Source of the DNA: Candidatus Zixiibacteriota bacterium
GTDB taxonomy: Bacteria; Zixibacteria; MSB-5A5; UBA10806; 4484-95
Reading direction: 5' to 3'
Length of the DNA stretch: 57,666 nucleotides
Assembly (NCBI GenBank): GCA_029932605.1
Contig: JAOZPT010000005.1
Span: forward strand, 1-57,666
The stretch's first letter is position 1, and each line of letters begins with the position of its first letter. A program made the translations under genes and the position numbers. Positions 41,070-51,429 of this stretch are shown in pieces. The notes below the pieces were generated by a model, which saw nothing but the letters and a program-made list of their open reading frames with translations, was not told where the DNA came from and made no database searches.

Positions 41070-43337
41070 GTGAATAGTTCAGTTATGAGAATATCCATTG
41101 GTCTATTAGAGGCGTGTTTGGTGACGGTGTTTATTCTTATATCTCAACTGGCATTTGCTCAGGATTTTAAACCGAATGTCAAGCCAACTATGGAAATAAC
41201 CCGTTATGCAGGGACTATTGAGATTGATGGTGAGTTAGGTGATTCGGGCTGGGAAAATGTGGCTGTAGCTGACAATTTTGTGGAGAACTTTCCCAATAAT
41301 GGAGATAAACCACCTGTTGAGACAGAGGTATGGGTCACTTACGATAATATTAATCTTTATGTTGCTTTTCTTTGTTACGATGACCCCGGAACCATTCGTG
41401 CCTCGCTTCGAAGCCGGGATGAGATATGGTCTGACGATTATATGGGCTTTATCTTTGACACCTATGGCGATGCCACTATGGCGTATGAGGTCTTTGTGAA
41501 TCCGTTAGGCATCCAGGGAGATGGTTTGCAATCGCTCCATGGCGAAGATATTAATTTTGACCTTGTGTATGAATCTAAGGGCAAGATAACGGACATTGGT
41601 TATCAGGTTGAATTGGCAATACCTTTTTCGAGCCTGCGTTTTCCTGATAGGACCGAGCAGGTCTGGAGAGCTACTTTCTGGCGGACTCATCCTCGTGACA
41701 GCCGTCGTACCTACTCATGGGCTTACACCGATAATGATGATCCATGCTGGATGTGCCAGTTTGGCACGATAAAGGGAATTAAGAATGTTAAACCGGGTGG
41801 TAGCTTTGAAATTTTGCCCTCATTAATGGGGTTTCAGTCAGCTTGTCTTCAGGATAACTCTAACCCGAATTCAGGCCTTGATAATAGTAATTTCGATGGT
41901 GAGGGTTCTTTGGGAATCAAGTATGCAATTAAATCCAGTCTGGTCGCCGAAGCCACTTATAATCCTGATTTCAGTCAGGTTGAATCGGATGCAGCCCAGA
42001 TCGATGTTAACACTACGTTTGCCCTGTTTTACCCTGAAAAGCGACCATTCTTTCAGGAGGGTAGCGATCTATTTGACCTTTGGTATAATGTTTTTTATAC
42101 AAGGTCAATTAATGACCCACTTTTGGCGACTAGGTTGACAGGCAAATCGGGCAAAACCGACTTCGCCTATCTTGTAGCTTATGATGAGCATTCGCCAACG
42201 ATTATACCTTTTGAAGAGGAGAGTGAGGTTGTAGAAGGCGGTGAGAGTGTTTCGAATATATTCAGAGTCAGGCATACATTTCAACAGAACTCTTATGTAG
42301 GTGCTATTGCCACCGACCGGCGTATGAAAGGCGGGGGAGCGGGGACCGTTCTTAGCATTGATGGTTCATATCGCTTTTTGAAATACTACCGTTTTGAACT
42401 GCAGGCGCTGGCAAACCATGCAGAGGAGCCAAACGATACCAGTCTGACCGAGGATATTAACGATATCTTGTTCGACAACGATAAACATACAGCCGCCTAT
42501 GATGGCGAGCAATACTGGGGACATGCTTTATATACCAGTCTGGAACGATCCTCAAGATACTGGGATTTCGATATCGATTACTGGGAAACAAGCCCTACAT
42601 TCAGAGCAGAAAATGGATTTATCACAAACAATAGTACACGGCGAATAAACGGTTGGACTGGGTGTAAGTTTTATCCCCAATCCTCAATCATTGACCAGCT
42701 TGGGCCGGTTATCTGGTTGGGAAAAATTTGGAACTTCAATGGCGAAAGCAAAGATGAATGGGTTGGAGGTAAGATCTGGGCTAATTTAAAGTACCAGACG
42801 AACACTGAGATCGAGTTTAACACGAGCCGTGAGCGATTTAAAGGAGCCGATTTCAAGGATATAAATCGTTTGTTTATACTTGTTAATACTAAGTTCTCCG
42901 ACCTGTTATCGCTTGGGTTTTGGTATCAGTTTGGCCGCTATATTGCTCGTGGGGAGGACCCGCCGTTTTTGGGAGAGGGTTATCGTGGCGAGGCCTGGAC
43001 GTCAATCAAGCCATTATCAAGGCTCATCATTCAGCCCGGGCTACAGTATGCTAAATTGGAAAACCCCGATAATGGGGAGGTAGCTTTCGATGGATACATA
43101 CTGCGAACCCGCATTAACTTTCAATTTAACCGTGAGCTGTTTCTACGACTTATCATCCAATATGATGATTTCGACAAGGAATACGATTTCGAACCGCTCT
43201 TGACTTACAGGATAAACCCGTTCACCTTGTTTTATATCGGTTCCAGGCACGGTTACGAGGATTTCGATGAAAAATCCAACCCGACATTAACCGACCGCCA
43301 GTTTTTCATGAAGTTTCAATATCTATTCAGGTTGTGA
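41070..43337 (+). CDS. CBM9-like plus DUF5916 outer-membrane beta-barrel protein
   Basis: Signal peptide, IDGEL, VNPLGIQGD, IPFSSLRF, NPDFSQVESD, FYPEKRPFFQEG, C-terminal FMKFQYLFRL. Confidence 0.87.
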   Translation: MNSSVMRISIGLLEACLVTVFILISQLAFAQDFKPNVKPTMEITRYAGTIEIDGELGDSGWENVAVADNFVENFPNNGDKPPVETEVWVTYDNINLYVAFLCYDDPGTIRASLRSRDEIWSDDYMGFIFDTYGDATMAYEVFVNPLGIQGDGLQSLHGEDINFDLVYESKGKITDIGYQVELAIPFSSLRFPDRTEQVWRATFWRTHPRDSRRTYSWAYTDNDDPCWMCQFGTIKGIKNVKPGGSFEILPSLMGFQSACLQDNSNPNSGLDNSNFDGEGSLGIKYAIKSSLVAEATYNPDFSQVESDAAQIDVNTTFALFYPEKRPFFQEGSDLFDLWYNVFYTRSINDPLLATRLTGKSGKTDFAYLVAYDEHSPTIIPFEEESEVVEGGESVSNIFRVRHTFQQNSYVGAIATDRRMKGGGAGTVLSIDGSYRFLKYYRFELQALANHAEEPNDTSLTEDINDILFDNDKHTAAYDGEQYWGHALYTSLERSSRYWDFDIDYWETSPTFRAENGFITNNSTRRINGWTGCKFYPQSSIIDQLGPVIWLGKIWNFNGESKDEWVGGKIWANLKYQTNTEIEFNTSRERFKGADFKDINRLFILVNTKFSDLLSLGFWYQFGRYIARGEDPPFLGEGYRGEAWTSIKPLSRLIIQPGLQYAKLENPDNGEVAFDGYILRTRINFQFNRELFLRLIIQYDDFDKEYDFEPLLTYRINPFTLFYIGSRHGYEDFDEKSNPTLTDRQFFMKFQYLFRL

Positions 43338-43555
43338 TAATCCCGTCATCGTTGTATAAGTAAAGTGGATGGTGCGCGGCGGACCTCCCGGTCTGCCTGT
43401 CTCTTGTTGAAGGGGCGGATGTGGATGTTTATTGCTCACAAGATATGCAGCTTACGAAATCAAACAAATTCCCTTGCCGATTTTGATATATTTGTTATTA
43501 TATTTATATAAGGATTGGTGCTGGGAACTTAAGCGCCGTATGAATTGTAAATGTA

Positions 43556-43628
43556 GGGGCAGTAGCTCAGCTGGGAGAGCGGTACGTTCGCAACGTACAG
43601 GTCGGCGGTTCGAGCCCGCTCTGCTCCA
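43556..43628 (+). tRNA. tRNA-Ala (anticodon CGC), CCA not encoded
   Basis: GGGGCAG/CTGCTCC acceptor with G3-U70, anticodon loop TTCGCAA. Confidence 0.96.
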
Positions 43629-43647
43629 GATGTTTGATAACAAAGTC

Positions 43648-43914
43648 AACGTGCTAGGTGGGGAGTTAGCGGTGCCCTGAACCCGGAATCCGCTATACCG
43701 GGGCTGAATTCCCACTCGAGGCCTGTAACCCTCAAGCAGACACTGGCTGGAGGTGTTGATCGGACGGGCCTTGCGCAACGGATGCCCGCCGAACCCCGTC
43801 AGGACCGGAAGGTAGCAGCGGTAAGTGGAAACACCGTGTGATGCAAGAATACCTGACTGTGAGCTTTCCACCGGTGGTTGCTTTTTGGCAAAGGGTCAAC
43901 GGTGGGTGCACGTT
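43648..43914 (+). ncRNA. ffs: Large (Alu-domain, Bacillus scRNA-type) SRP RNA
   Basis: Terminal helix AACGTGC/GCACGTT, Alu-like GCTAGGTGGGGAGTTAGCGGTGCCCTGAACCCGGAATCCGCTATACCGGGG, helix 8 GTCAGGACCGGAAGGTAGCAGC; upstream of dnaX. Confidence 0.92.
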
Positions 43915-44007
43915 GGGCTTAACTTGACCTTGGGGAGTAAAGCGGAACCCGATGAGGTCTACCATTGAGTCGATTGTAGGTTGGTTAATGAAAGAATGGA
44001 AAATTAA

Positions 44008-45678
44008 ATGAGTTACCTTGCCTTAGCCAGGCGGTACAGGCCTGATGATTTTTCCGGCATTCTCTCGCAAAAGCATATAACTCGCACCCTGGCCAATGCC
44101 ATATCCTCGGGGCGTATTTCTCATGCTTATTTGTTTTGCGGGTCAAGGGGCACCGGTAAGACAACCACTGCCAGGGTGATGGCAAAATCATTAAATTGCG
44201 AAAAAGGACCTACACCGACACCCTGCGGAGAGTGCATTAACTGCCGGGAGATAAAGGCTGGCATTTCCCCCGATGTATTCGAGATTGACGCCGCCTCCAA
44301 CCGTGGAATTGATGACATAAGACAGCTTCGGGAAAATGTCCGCTACAGTCCAGCATCGTCGCGTTATAAGATATACATCATAGACGAGGTTCATCGTTTG
44401 ACAAACGAGGCTTTTGATGCTCTTTTGAAAACCCTTGAGGAACCGCCACCGCATGTGATTTTCATCTTTGCCACAACTGAGCCCCAGTCTCTGCCGGCAA
44501 CTATATTATCGCGAACTCAACGGTTCGATTTCAAACGTGTACCGATTTCGGCGTTGGCCGAGACAGTTAACGACATTGCTGCCAAGGAAGGACTGGAGAT
44601 CGATCCCAGGGCTGCGCTTATGGTAGCTCGTAAGGCTGATGGTTCGTTACGCGATGCACTTTCGCTTCTCGACCAGTTGATTAATTTCAGCCAGGGCATG
44701 ATAACCACCGAATCAGCCTCAGAGATTCTGGGTTTGGTTAAAACTGATTTTCTGTTCAAAATTATAAAGGCGGTTATTAAGCATGATACACCAGCCGTGT
44801 TAGAGATGTTTAATGTTTATTTCGATGAGGGTGTTGATATTGATGGGCTGGCTGATGAACTTTCTATATTCCTCGGTAAACTGTTGTTGGTTAAAAATGG
44901 GGTTAGGGAAACATCAATTCTGGAGATGGATATTTCCGAGCTGGAGAAAGCAGAATTGTTAGTATCCGAGATTGATACCTCCGATATTTTACGGATGCTT
45001 CAGATAATGGCTGACTTCACGGTCGACAAAAAGTCCGGGGTTGACCCGGTAGTAGCTATGGAGGTAGCGTTAGTGCGGTTATCAGGCCTTGATAAAGCCG
45101 TTGATATCGATGAGCTATTGTCTAATTTAAGCAACCCCGTAAATATGACAAGAGCGTTGTCAGGGCATTCTGTATCGAAGGTGGTAAAGGCCACGAAATC
45201 CACTTCGGCAGAAGAAGGTCGAAGTATGGACGTTGGAAAGAAGAGCGGTCAAGCACCGTTTACAAGAAGCCAATCTACGGCTATTGAGCATAAACTTGAT
45301 AATATTGCCAATTGGTGGTCGAATTTTCTAAGTTTTGTTAAGAGTAAAAGCCTGGCTGTCTGGAGCCATCTTCAATATGCAAAAGTTTCCTATAACGGCA
45401 GTAACTTGGTCGACTTGGGCTTTCCATTGGGAAACGAGTTTCATATGAAGTTTTTAACAGGGAGAAGGAGTTTTATCATTGATTGTTTAAAAGAGTTTTC
45501 AGGTGCCAATCCGGGGGTTTCGTTTACGAGGTTAGAAAACGAAAATAACGATTTGACTGATATTCCAAATATACCCAAGCAATCTATAGAGGAATTTCTG
45601 AATCAACATCCCAAGATGAAAAAGCTACATGACTTGATCGATGGAGATGATATCAGGTTTAGAGGGAACATGCAATGA
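44008..45678 (+). CDS. dnaX: DNA polymerase III subunit gamma/tau
   Basis: [58 protein letters not shown]. Confidence 0.97.
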   Translation: MSYLALARRYRPDDFSGILSQKHITRTLANAISSGRISHAYLFCGSRGTGKTTTARVMAKSLNCEKGPTPTPCGECINCREIKAGISPDVFEIDAASNRGIDDIRQLRENVRYSPASSRYKIYIIDEVHRLTNEAFDALLKTLEEPPPHVIFIFATTEPQSLPATILSRTQRFDFKRVPISALAETVNDIAAKEGLEIDPRAALMVARKADGSLRDALSLLDQLINFSQGMITTESASEILGLVKTDFLFKIIKAVIKHDTPAVLEMFNVYFDEGVDIDGLADELSIFLGKLLLVKNGVRETSILEMDISELEKAELLVSEIDTSDILRMLQIMADFTVDKKSGVDPVVAMEVALVRLSGLDKAVDIDELLSNLSNPVNMTRALSGHSVSKVVKATKSTSAEEGRSMDVGKKSGQAPFTRSQSTAIEHKLDNIANWWSNFLSFVKSKSLAVWSHLQYAKVSYNGSNLVDLGFPLGNEFHMKFLTGRRSFIIDCLKEFSGANPGVSFTRLENENNDLTDIPNIPKQSIEEFLNQHPKMKKLHDLIDGDDIRFRGNMQ

Positions 45679-45716
45679 ACCAGAAGATTTTTATAGATAT
45701 AATTAAAGGAGTGCAT

Positions 45717-46034
45717 ATGGCAAAGGGTATTGGCGATTTGATGAAACAGATGCAGAAGATGCAAGCTTCAATAGAAAAAATTCAGGAAGAGCTGGCAAGC
45801 AAGACTGTTGAAGGGACAGCTGGTGGCGGTATGGTAAAAGTGACAGCCAACGGCAAACAGGAGATTTTGGAGATCAAGATAGATCCCGAGGTCGTGAATC
45901 CCGATGACATAGAGATGCTTGAAGAGTTAATCTTGGCGGCGGTTAATCAAGCTCGTGAGAGGGCTGAAAAACTGCAGGTTGAAGGACTTTCGGGTTTGAC
46001 CGGCGGCTTGCCGATTCCTGGACTGAAGCTTTAG
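45717..46034 (+). CDS. ybaB: YbaB/EbfC nucleoid-associated protein
   Basis: [31 protein letters not shown]; between dnaX and recR. Confidence 0.93.
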   Translation: MAKGIGDLMKQMQKMQASIEKIQEELASKTVEGTAGGGMVKVTANGKQEILEIKIDPEVVNPDDIEMLEELILAAVNQARERAEKLQVEGLSGLTGGLPIPGLKL

Positions 46035-46038
46035 GTTT

Positions 46039-46629
46039 ATGGCGGACATCTTAGAAGACCTTATTGAAAATTTAACCTTACTACCCGGTATAGGTAGGAA
46101 AAGCGCCTCCAGAATCGCTTTTTTCATTCTCAGATTGCCGTTGACAAGGGTGGAGAAATTTGCTGAGAACATAGTCAATGCCAGAAAGAACCTTAAACCA
46201 TGCAAACGCTGTGGAAACCTTGCAGTAGGAGAACTGTGTCACATTTGCTCGGACCCTAAACGCGACGGTTCGATAATATGCGTCGTGGAGGAACCCTCCG
46301 ATGTGGCGGTTTTAGAAAACACGGGCGATTTCAAAGGAGTATATCATGTCCTGGGGGGGACCCTTTCTCCCCTTGATGGTGTGGGTCCAGAGGATATAAA
46401 TATTGCATCGCTGAAAAAAAGAATCTCCAGGGGCGTAAGGGAGATTATACTTGCTACCAACCCCAATACAGAGGGAGAAGCCACTGCCGCCTACCTTGTC
46501 GAGATATTAAAACCTCTCAAGGTCAAGCTTTCTCGAATTGCCAGAGGGGTACCGGTGGGAGGCTTTTTGGAATACGCCGATAAGACCACGTTAAGTAAAG
46601 CTATGGAGAACAGAACCGAGATAAAGTAG
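46039..46629 (+). CDS. recR: Recombination mediator RecR
   Basis: LPGIGRKSASR, CKRCGN...CHIC, YHVLGG, ATNPNTEGEATA. Confidence 0.97.
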   Translation: MADILEDLIENLTLLPGIGRKSASRIAFFILRLPLTRVEKFAENIVNARKNLKPCKRCGNLAVGELCHICSDPKRDGSIICVVEEPSDVAVLENTGDFKGVYHVLGGTLSPLDGVGPEDINIASLKKRISRGVREIILATNPNTEGEATAAYLVEILKPLKVKLSRIARGVPVGGFLEYADKTTLSKAMENRTEIK

Positions 46630-46812
46630 AGTATTTGCTGAATAATAGAACGAGCTTTGAATAACCTTTAGTGCTCTTACGATAATCGCAGTTATTAATA
46701 GCCCCGTGCTAACGTAAAATGTATTATTCTTTGATAGAACTTTCCTGATATAAAATATGTTGAAAAGAATCCCCTGTGATACTATCATTTTTGCTGGCTA
46801 AGGAGAAAATCG

Positions 46813-47403
46813 GTGTTAAACAGCCTTGATCTTGCAATTCTTTATTTTTTTAACCAAGATTTAGCCAACCCGGTTTTCGATATTTTTTTTACCACTCTTT
46901 CCGAATCGAGGCTCGTGTGGATCTTAATGATAGTTATAATGATTATTTTGTTTATAAAAGGTGGTTCAAGAGGTAGGTTGGCGGTTTTACTGGTGGTTGT
47001 ATGTTTTACCATAACTGATCCATCAACTCACTACATACTCAAGAAGTTATTCTGTCGTTTGAGGCCCTGCCATATCTTTGATGATTTGCGGCTGATTGCC
47101 GGTTGTGGTGGGTTATATGGCTTTCCCTCGAACCATGCTGCCAATTCGTTCACCTTGGCCTTTGTCTTCTCGTTTTTTTATCGCCGGCTGACGGTATTTT
47201 TCTTTTCGATGGCAACTCTTGTTTGCATATCACGAGTTTATTTGGGAAAACACTACTTATCGGATGTCGTAGCGGGGGCGATTCTTGGCGTTTTAGTGGC
47301 GTTTTTAGTTGTTTATTTCATAAAAAAACCGGTTCAGCGTTTATTAAAAATAGAATCGTTTGATTTTAATAATTCAAGGATTGAGGGAACTGGGAATGGT
47401 TGA
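46813..47403 (+). CDS. PAP2 family membrane phosphatase
   Basis: K...RLRP, FPSNH, SRVYLGKHYLSDV. Confidence 0.92.
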   Translation: MLNSLDLAILYFFNQDLANPVFDIFFTTLSESRLVWILMIVIMIILFIKGGSRGRLAVLLVVVCFTITDPSTHYILKKLFCRLRPCHIFDDLRLIAGCGGLYGFPSNHAANSFTLAFVFSFFYRRLTVFFFSMATLVCISRVYLGKHYLSDVVAGAILGVLVAFLVVYFIKKPVQRLLKIESFDFNNSRIEGTGNG

Positions 47404-47944
47404 GATATCTAACGGGTTAGAGTTTAATGGTAAATTTATCTATTGCCGTCAGGGAGATATAACAGATTCTGAGGTGGAAGCGATCGTGAACGCTGCCAAT
47501 AACCATCTCTGGATGGGGGCAGGTGTCGCTGGTGCTATCAAAAGGAAAGGTGGAAAATCCATCGAGGATGAGGCGATGAAGAAAGGGCCTATTCAGGTAG
47601 GGCGGGCCGTTATAACAGGTGCTGGTAAATTGAAGGCTAAATATGTCATTCATGCTGCTGTGATGGGCCAGGACCTCCTCACTAATGAAGAGCTCATTAT
47701 AATGGCTACCAGAAGCAGCCTTGAACAGGCCGAAAAGTCACGATTGAAGTCAATCGATTTTCCAGCCCTCGGTACCGGTGTGGGCGGATTTCCAATCGAT
47801 AAATGTGCCGAGCTGATGATAGCAGAGGCAATGTCGTTTTTAAAAAGCTCAACGCATTTGAAAAAAGTGGGGTTTGTCCTTTTCGATGAAGCAAGTTACC
47901 GGATATTTGTAAAAACCCTGAAAAAGATGAGGGGGCTTGTTTAA
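47396..47944 (+). CDS. Macro domain protein (ADP-ribose binding/hydrolase)
   Basis: GDIT, AIVNAAN, GAGVAGAI, VIHAA, FPALGTGVGGF. Confidence 0.93.
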   Translation: MVEISNGLEFNGKFIYCRQGDITDSEVEAIVNAANNHLWMGAGVAGAIKRKGGKSIEDEAMKKGPIQVGRAVITGAGKLKAKYVIHAAVMGQDLLTNEELIIMATRSSLEQAEKSRLKSIDFPALGTGVGGFPIDKCAELMIAEAMSFLKSSTHLKKVGFVLFDEASYRIFVKTLKKMRGLV

Positions 47945-48119
47945 CGCCAAAGATTTCAATGAACAAACTACCACGAAGGGTCAAAGGTAAGTATCTATCT
48001 TAGATTGATGTTTCTTAATAGCGAGAAAAAGGTTTACTGTAATGCGGGAATTTGAGTAGAAAGGCACCGGATTATCTTTATGAGAGGTTGCCCATATTGA
48101 AAACATAAGGAGTTTTGGT

Positions 48120-48767
48120 ATGACATCTGTTGAAGCATTTTATGAGTGTTTTAATGTGTATAACACAACCTGGTTTCCAGTATCAATAATATCATGGCTT
48201 GCATTGATTATTTGCACTTATTTTTTATTCACCAGGCCAGGCGATAAGATAAATGTCCTCATGAAGATATGTTTGGCATTCATTTTCATTTGGAATGGCG
48301 CTGTATTTTTCTTTATGTATATGAAAAATTCAGCTATTCCTGGTGGAATACCGATGCTGGCTGCGGGAATTCTGTTCACCGTGGATATTTTTAGGGATAA
48401 GATAAGGTTTCAGCTTCCAGAGGAAAAATGTCATAAATATTTTGTATTATCTCTTACCGTATGGGCGCTTGTATTATATACATTGGTGGGTTGGCTTATT
48501 GGTCATCCATATCCGAAGGGACCATTGCCAGTGGCACCATGTCCAATGACAATTTTTACTATAGCACTGCTTTCAACATCGATGATTACGTTAAGTAAAG
48601 ATAGGATACCGTTTACTTTGCTTTTTATCTTACTTTTGTGGTGGGCGTTTTTTGCTGGTTTTGGTGCACCTTTATTCTTCGGATTCTATGTGGATTTGAC
48701 ACTTCTTATGGCAGGTATATACGGACTGGTTATGTTAATAAGAAATTGGAAAGTGGCTGGAAAATAA
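48120..48767 (+). CDS. Membrane protein (DUF6064-like)
   Basis: FNVYNTTWFP and APCPMTIFT motifs; about 7 TM. Confidence 0.7.
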   Translation: MTSVEAFYECFNVYNTTWFPVSIISWLALIICTYFLFTRPGDKINVLMKICLAFIFIWNGAVFFFMYMKNSAIPGGIPMLAAGILFTVDIFRDKIRFQLPEEKCHKYFVLSLTVWALVLYTLVGWLIGHPYPKGPLPVAPCPMTIFTIALLSTSMITLSKDRIPFTLLFILLLWWAFFAGFGAPLFFGFYVDLTLLMAGIYGLVMLIRNWKVAGK

Positions 48768-48834
48768 CAGCTGGTGAGATACGGACAGCATCTTAGAGAT
48801 ATATGCGATATACAAATGGAAAGAGGTAGAGAAA

Positions 48835-49401
48835 ATGAACAATAAAATAAAAGAAAAGCATCATCAGTCGAAGTTTACTTTCTGGATAATATCCATCATG
48901 CATGATAACCCGCTTCTGCCGATTTTTAAAAATCCATACAAGCTTTTAAAATCAGCCGGGCTGAAATCCGGTCAGAAGGTGCTGGAGGTGGGGTGTGGTC
49001 CAGGATTTTTTACGATTCCTGCGGCTAAAATAGTAGGAGATGAAGGCTGTGTTTATGCTGTGGATGTTCAGCCTCTTGCGATAGAGAAAATCAAGGATAA
49101 AATCAATAAAGAGGGAATTAAAAATGTAAAGCCTATCCTGAGGAATGCCTCCGATACAGGTTTGCCAGACCAATGTGTTGACCTCGCCTTCATATTTGGC
49201 CTTCGTTACGTCGCCGGAGGGCTGAGAGATGTTCTTTCTGAAATATATCGCATCTTGAAAGCTGGAGGATTGCTAACATTTGAGAAAACTAAGGGTTCGG
49301 AGAAAAAATTTATTGAAGACGTAGAAAAAGGAGGATTTATTTATTCGGGGAGAAAATCGAGGGTTTTCTTGTTTACGAAAGCAAATGAAAGCCAGGGATG
49401 A
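48835..49401 (+). CDS. Class I SAM-dependent methyltransferase
   Basis: VLEVGCGPG, YAVD, EIYRILKAGG. Confidence 0.9.
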   Translation: MNNKIKEKHHQSKFTFWIISIMHDNPLLPIFKNPYKLLKSAGLKSGQKVLEVGCGPGFFTIPAAKIVGDEGCVYAVDVQPLAIEKIKDKINKEGIKNVKPILRNASDTGLPDQCVDLAFIFGLRYVAGGLRDVLSEIYRILKAGGLLTFEKTKGSEKKFIEDVEKGGFIYSGRKSRVFLFTKANESQG

Positions 49402-49487
49402 GTTAGCTACTGTTACTAAGATCAGGGAGGGTCTCGATTGTATTTTAAAACCGGTTTGACTGAACATATATAGAAGGATATTTTTTT

Positions 49488-49898
49488 GTGAGTAAAAGTA
49501 ATTCTTATAATAGCAAGGTTTCAAGGATTTCTGATAAATGCGATCGATGTTCCGGCAAATGCTGTCGTTATTATATGGTGGATTTGCCCGCCCCGAAAAG
49601 CAAACTTGATTTCGATAATTATGGCTGGTTTTTAGCCCACGAGAATACGGTGATATATGTGGATGAGAAAAAATGGTTTCTGTGTGTTTTTAGCAAGTGC
49701 CGTTATCTCGATGATGATAACCGTTGCCTTATATACGAAAATCGTTTCCAGGCTTGCCGAGACTATTCTGATGAAAACTGTGAATTCGATTCTGAATACG
49801 AACCTGATTTAACTTTTACTACTCCAGAACAGCTTGCCAATTATGCCGAAAAGAGATTTGCCAAAATGGGAAGAAAAAGGACGAAAATTTTAAAATAA
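49488..49898 (+). CDS. YkgJ family CxxCxxCC zinc/iron-chelating protein
   Basis: CDRCSGKCC, CRYL, CLIYENRFQACRDY. Confidence 0.87.
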   Translation: MSKSNSYNSKVSRISDKCDRCSGKCCRYYMVDLPAPKSKLDFDNYGWFLAHENTVIYVDEKKWFLCVFSKCRYLDDDNRCLIYENRFQACRDYSDENCEFDSEYEPDLTFTTPEQLANYAEKRFAKMGRKRTKILK

Positions 49899-49969
49899 AA
49901 GTATTGAAACCAACAGTAAAGTATATCTCGTTGACAAGCCGTATCTTCATAACTGAATGGATGAAAATC

Positions 49970-50632
49970 CTATTTTTTGGCTAAGACGATTTGAAAAAAT
50001 TCCCGGAAAATTGTATCGGTTTTAATAATTTTAAAATTTGCTTGTTCGATTTCATTTATCAACCCACTTTTCAGAAGGCTTTTGTAAGTAGCGTATTCTG
50101 GATTAACCCGTTCCATTAAATCGAACAACCATGCTTTCCATTTTTTATTTGGTTTGTTATGCTCCAGGATCGTAATTTTCCCCCCGGGCATAGTTATCCT
50201 GTAAGCTTCAGATAGTACTGTCGAACGCACTTCTTGTGGCATTTCATGGAGAGCTCCACAGATAACGCTCTTGTTGAAATAGTTATCAGCAAAAGGGGCA
50301 TAACGCGCGTCACCCTGAATGATAAACGGTCTCTCGTGCTTCTGTTTTTTTCGAGCAATCCTTAGTTGTGCAAATGATATCTCGATGCCAGTTATTTCAC
50401 CTATTCCGTTTTGCTTTTCATATAACATCATTACCAGCGTCGCCGTTCCACAACAGATATCTATGATTTTATCTCCTGGTTGAGGGTCGATCCATTTTAT
50501 TATTAGCTCATGGAATCTTTGCTTGCCACCAAAACCCCCGTTGAAAAGGAAACAAAATAGCCTCATAAATGGATCATAGACTTTAGAAAACAGGTTATAC
50601 CAGCGCTGATATGTTTTTTGATAATAATCCAA
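49970..50632 (-). CDS. Class I SAM-dependent methyltransferase (UbiE-like)
   Basis: IDICCGTA, QGDA, ALHEMP, EAYRITMPGG; TTG start uncertain. Confidence 0.85.
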   Translation of the reverse strand: MDYYQKTYQRWYNLFSKVYDPFMRLFCFLFNGGFGGKQRFHELIIKWIDPQPGDKIIDICCGTATLVMMLYEKQNGIGEITGIEISFAQLRIARKKQKHERPFIIQGDARYAPFADNYFNKSVICGALHEMPQEVRSTVLSEAYRITMPGGKITILEHNKPNKKWKAWLFDLMERVNPEYATYKSLLKSGLINEIEQANFKIIKTDTIFREFFQIVLAKK

Positions 50633-50735
50633 TATTTCTGTATTTGTTACACAGTTTCCAAACTATCAGTGTTTTAGATATCTTAACTCAATTGTAAAGC
50701 TATTGTATCTCTGGCGGTTTATTTTTAAATCTAAG

Positions 50736-51209
50736 TCAGTTGTTCTCATCTTTTTTTCCAAGCACCTTCATCTTGGCCTCGATCAGTTCATTATGTGTAA
50801 GGTCCAGCATTTTGTACAGCTTATGCACAAGATAATCCTCATGGGCGGATAAACGACCGTCAGCATACACTACTTTCCAGATCGTCTCGATAACTTCTTT
50901 TTTCTGCTGAGCCGAGTAATTCTGGTTGATTAGATTGGTAAAACCCCAGAGATCGATTCGATTCTCAAGTTCCTTTTGCGCCAAATCTATGAGCTGGTCG
51001 ATCTCTTTATCAGTCAGATAATAGGCATTTTTAATGATTTCGATTATTCTTTCTTTTTCAGCCTGGTTGAACTCATCATCAATGTTTGCCATCTCGATTA
51101 AAAGGGCACAGGTGGCAATTTGTATGTTACGAGATTTGTCCTTTACCTCCCTTTTATTATCTATCGAGATATTGTTTTTAAAATAATCTTTAATGTGCTT
51201 GAACATCAT
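50736..51209 (-). CDS. TerB-like family protein
   Basis: ATCALLIEMANIDD and WKVVYADGRLSAHE repeats. Confidence 0.88.
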   Translation of the reverse strand: MMFKHIKDYFKNNISIDNKREVKDKSRNIQIATCALLIEMANIDDEFNQAEKERIIEIIKNAYYLTDKEIDQLIDLAQKELENRIDLWGFTNLINQNYSAQQKKEVIETIWKVVYADGRLSAHEDYLVHKLYKMLDLTHNELIEAKMKVLGKKDENN

Positions 51210-51429
51210 TTCCCTGTTTCTCTGATAGTTTTCTGGTTTTCAAATCTGCATTTAAAAAATATCTTTTTAAAATGTATAAAATATAAGAATAATCTGATAT
51301 TACAATCGTTTTCTTGAATATGGCCTATATTTGTTCAGGATACAAATATGATTGTAATTGCTTTTGGTTTAAAAATATTTTATTATTTTAGAAATTCTGG
51401 ATGATTTTTAACTTTTAAAGGAGTGGAAT

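Noticed and set aside
43432..43965. ORFs overlapping 43432-43965
   Set aside because: They overlap tRNA-Ala and the SRP RNA; spurious
45027..45050. C-AAA-AAG followed by CCGGG/CCCGG hairpin in dnaX, resembling the gamma/tau -1 frameshift signal
   Set aside because: Heptamer is not A-AAA-AAG, the hairpin is only 1 nt away, and the -1 stop would cut off the last helix of domain III
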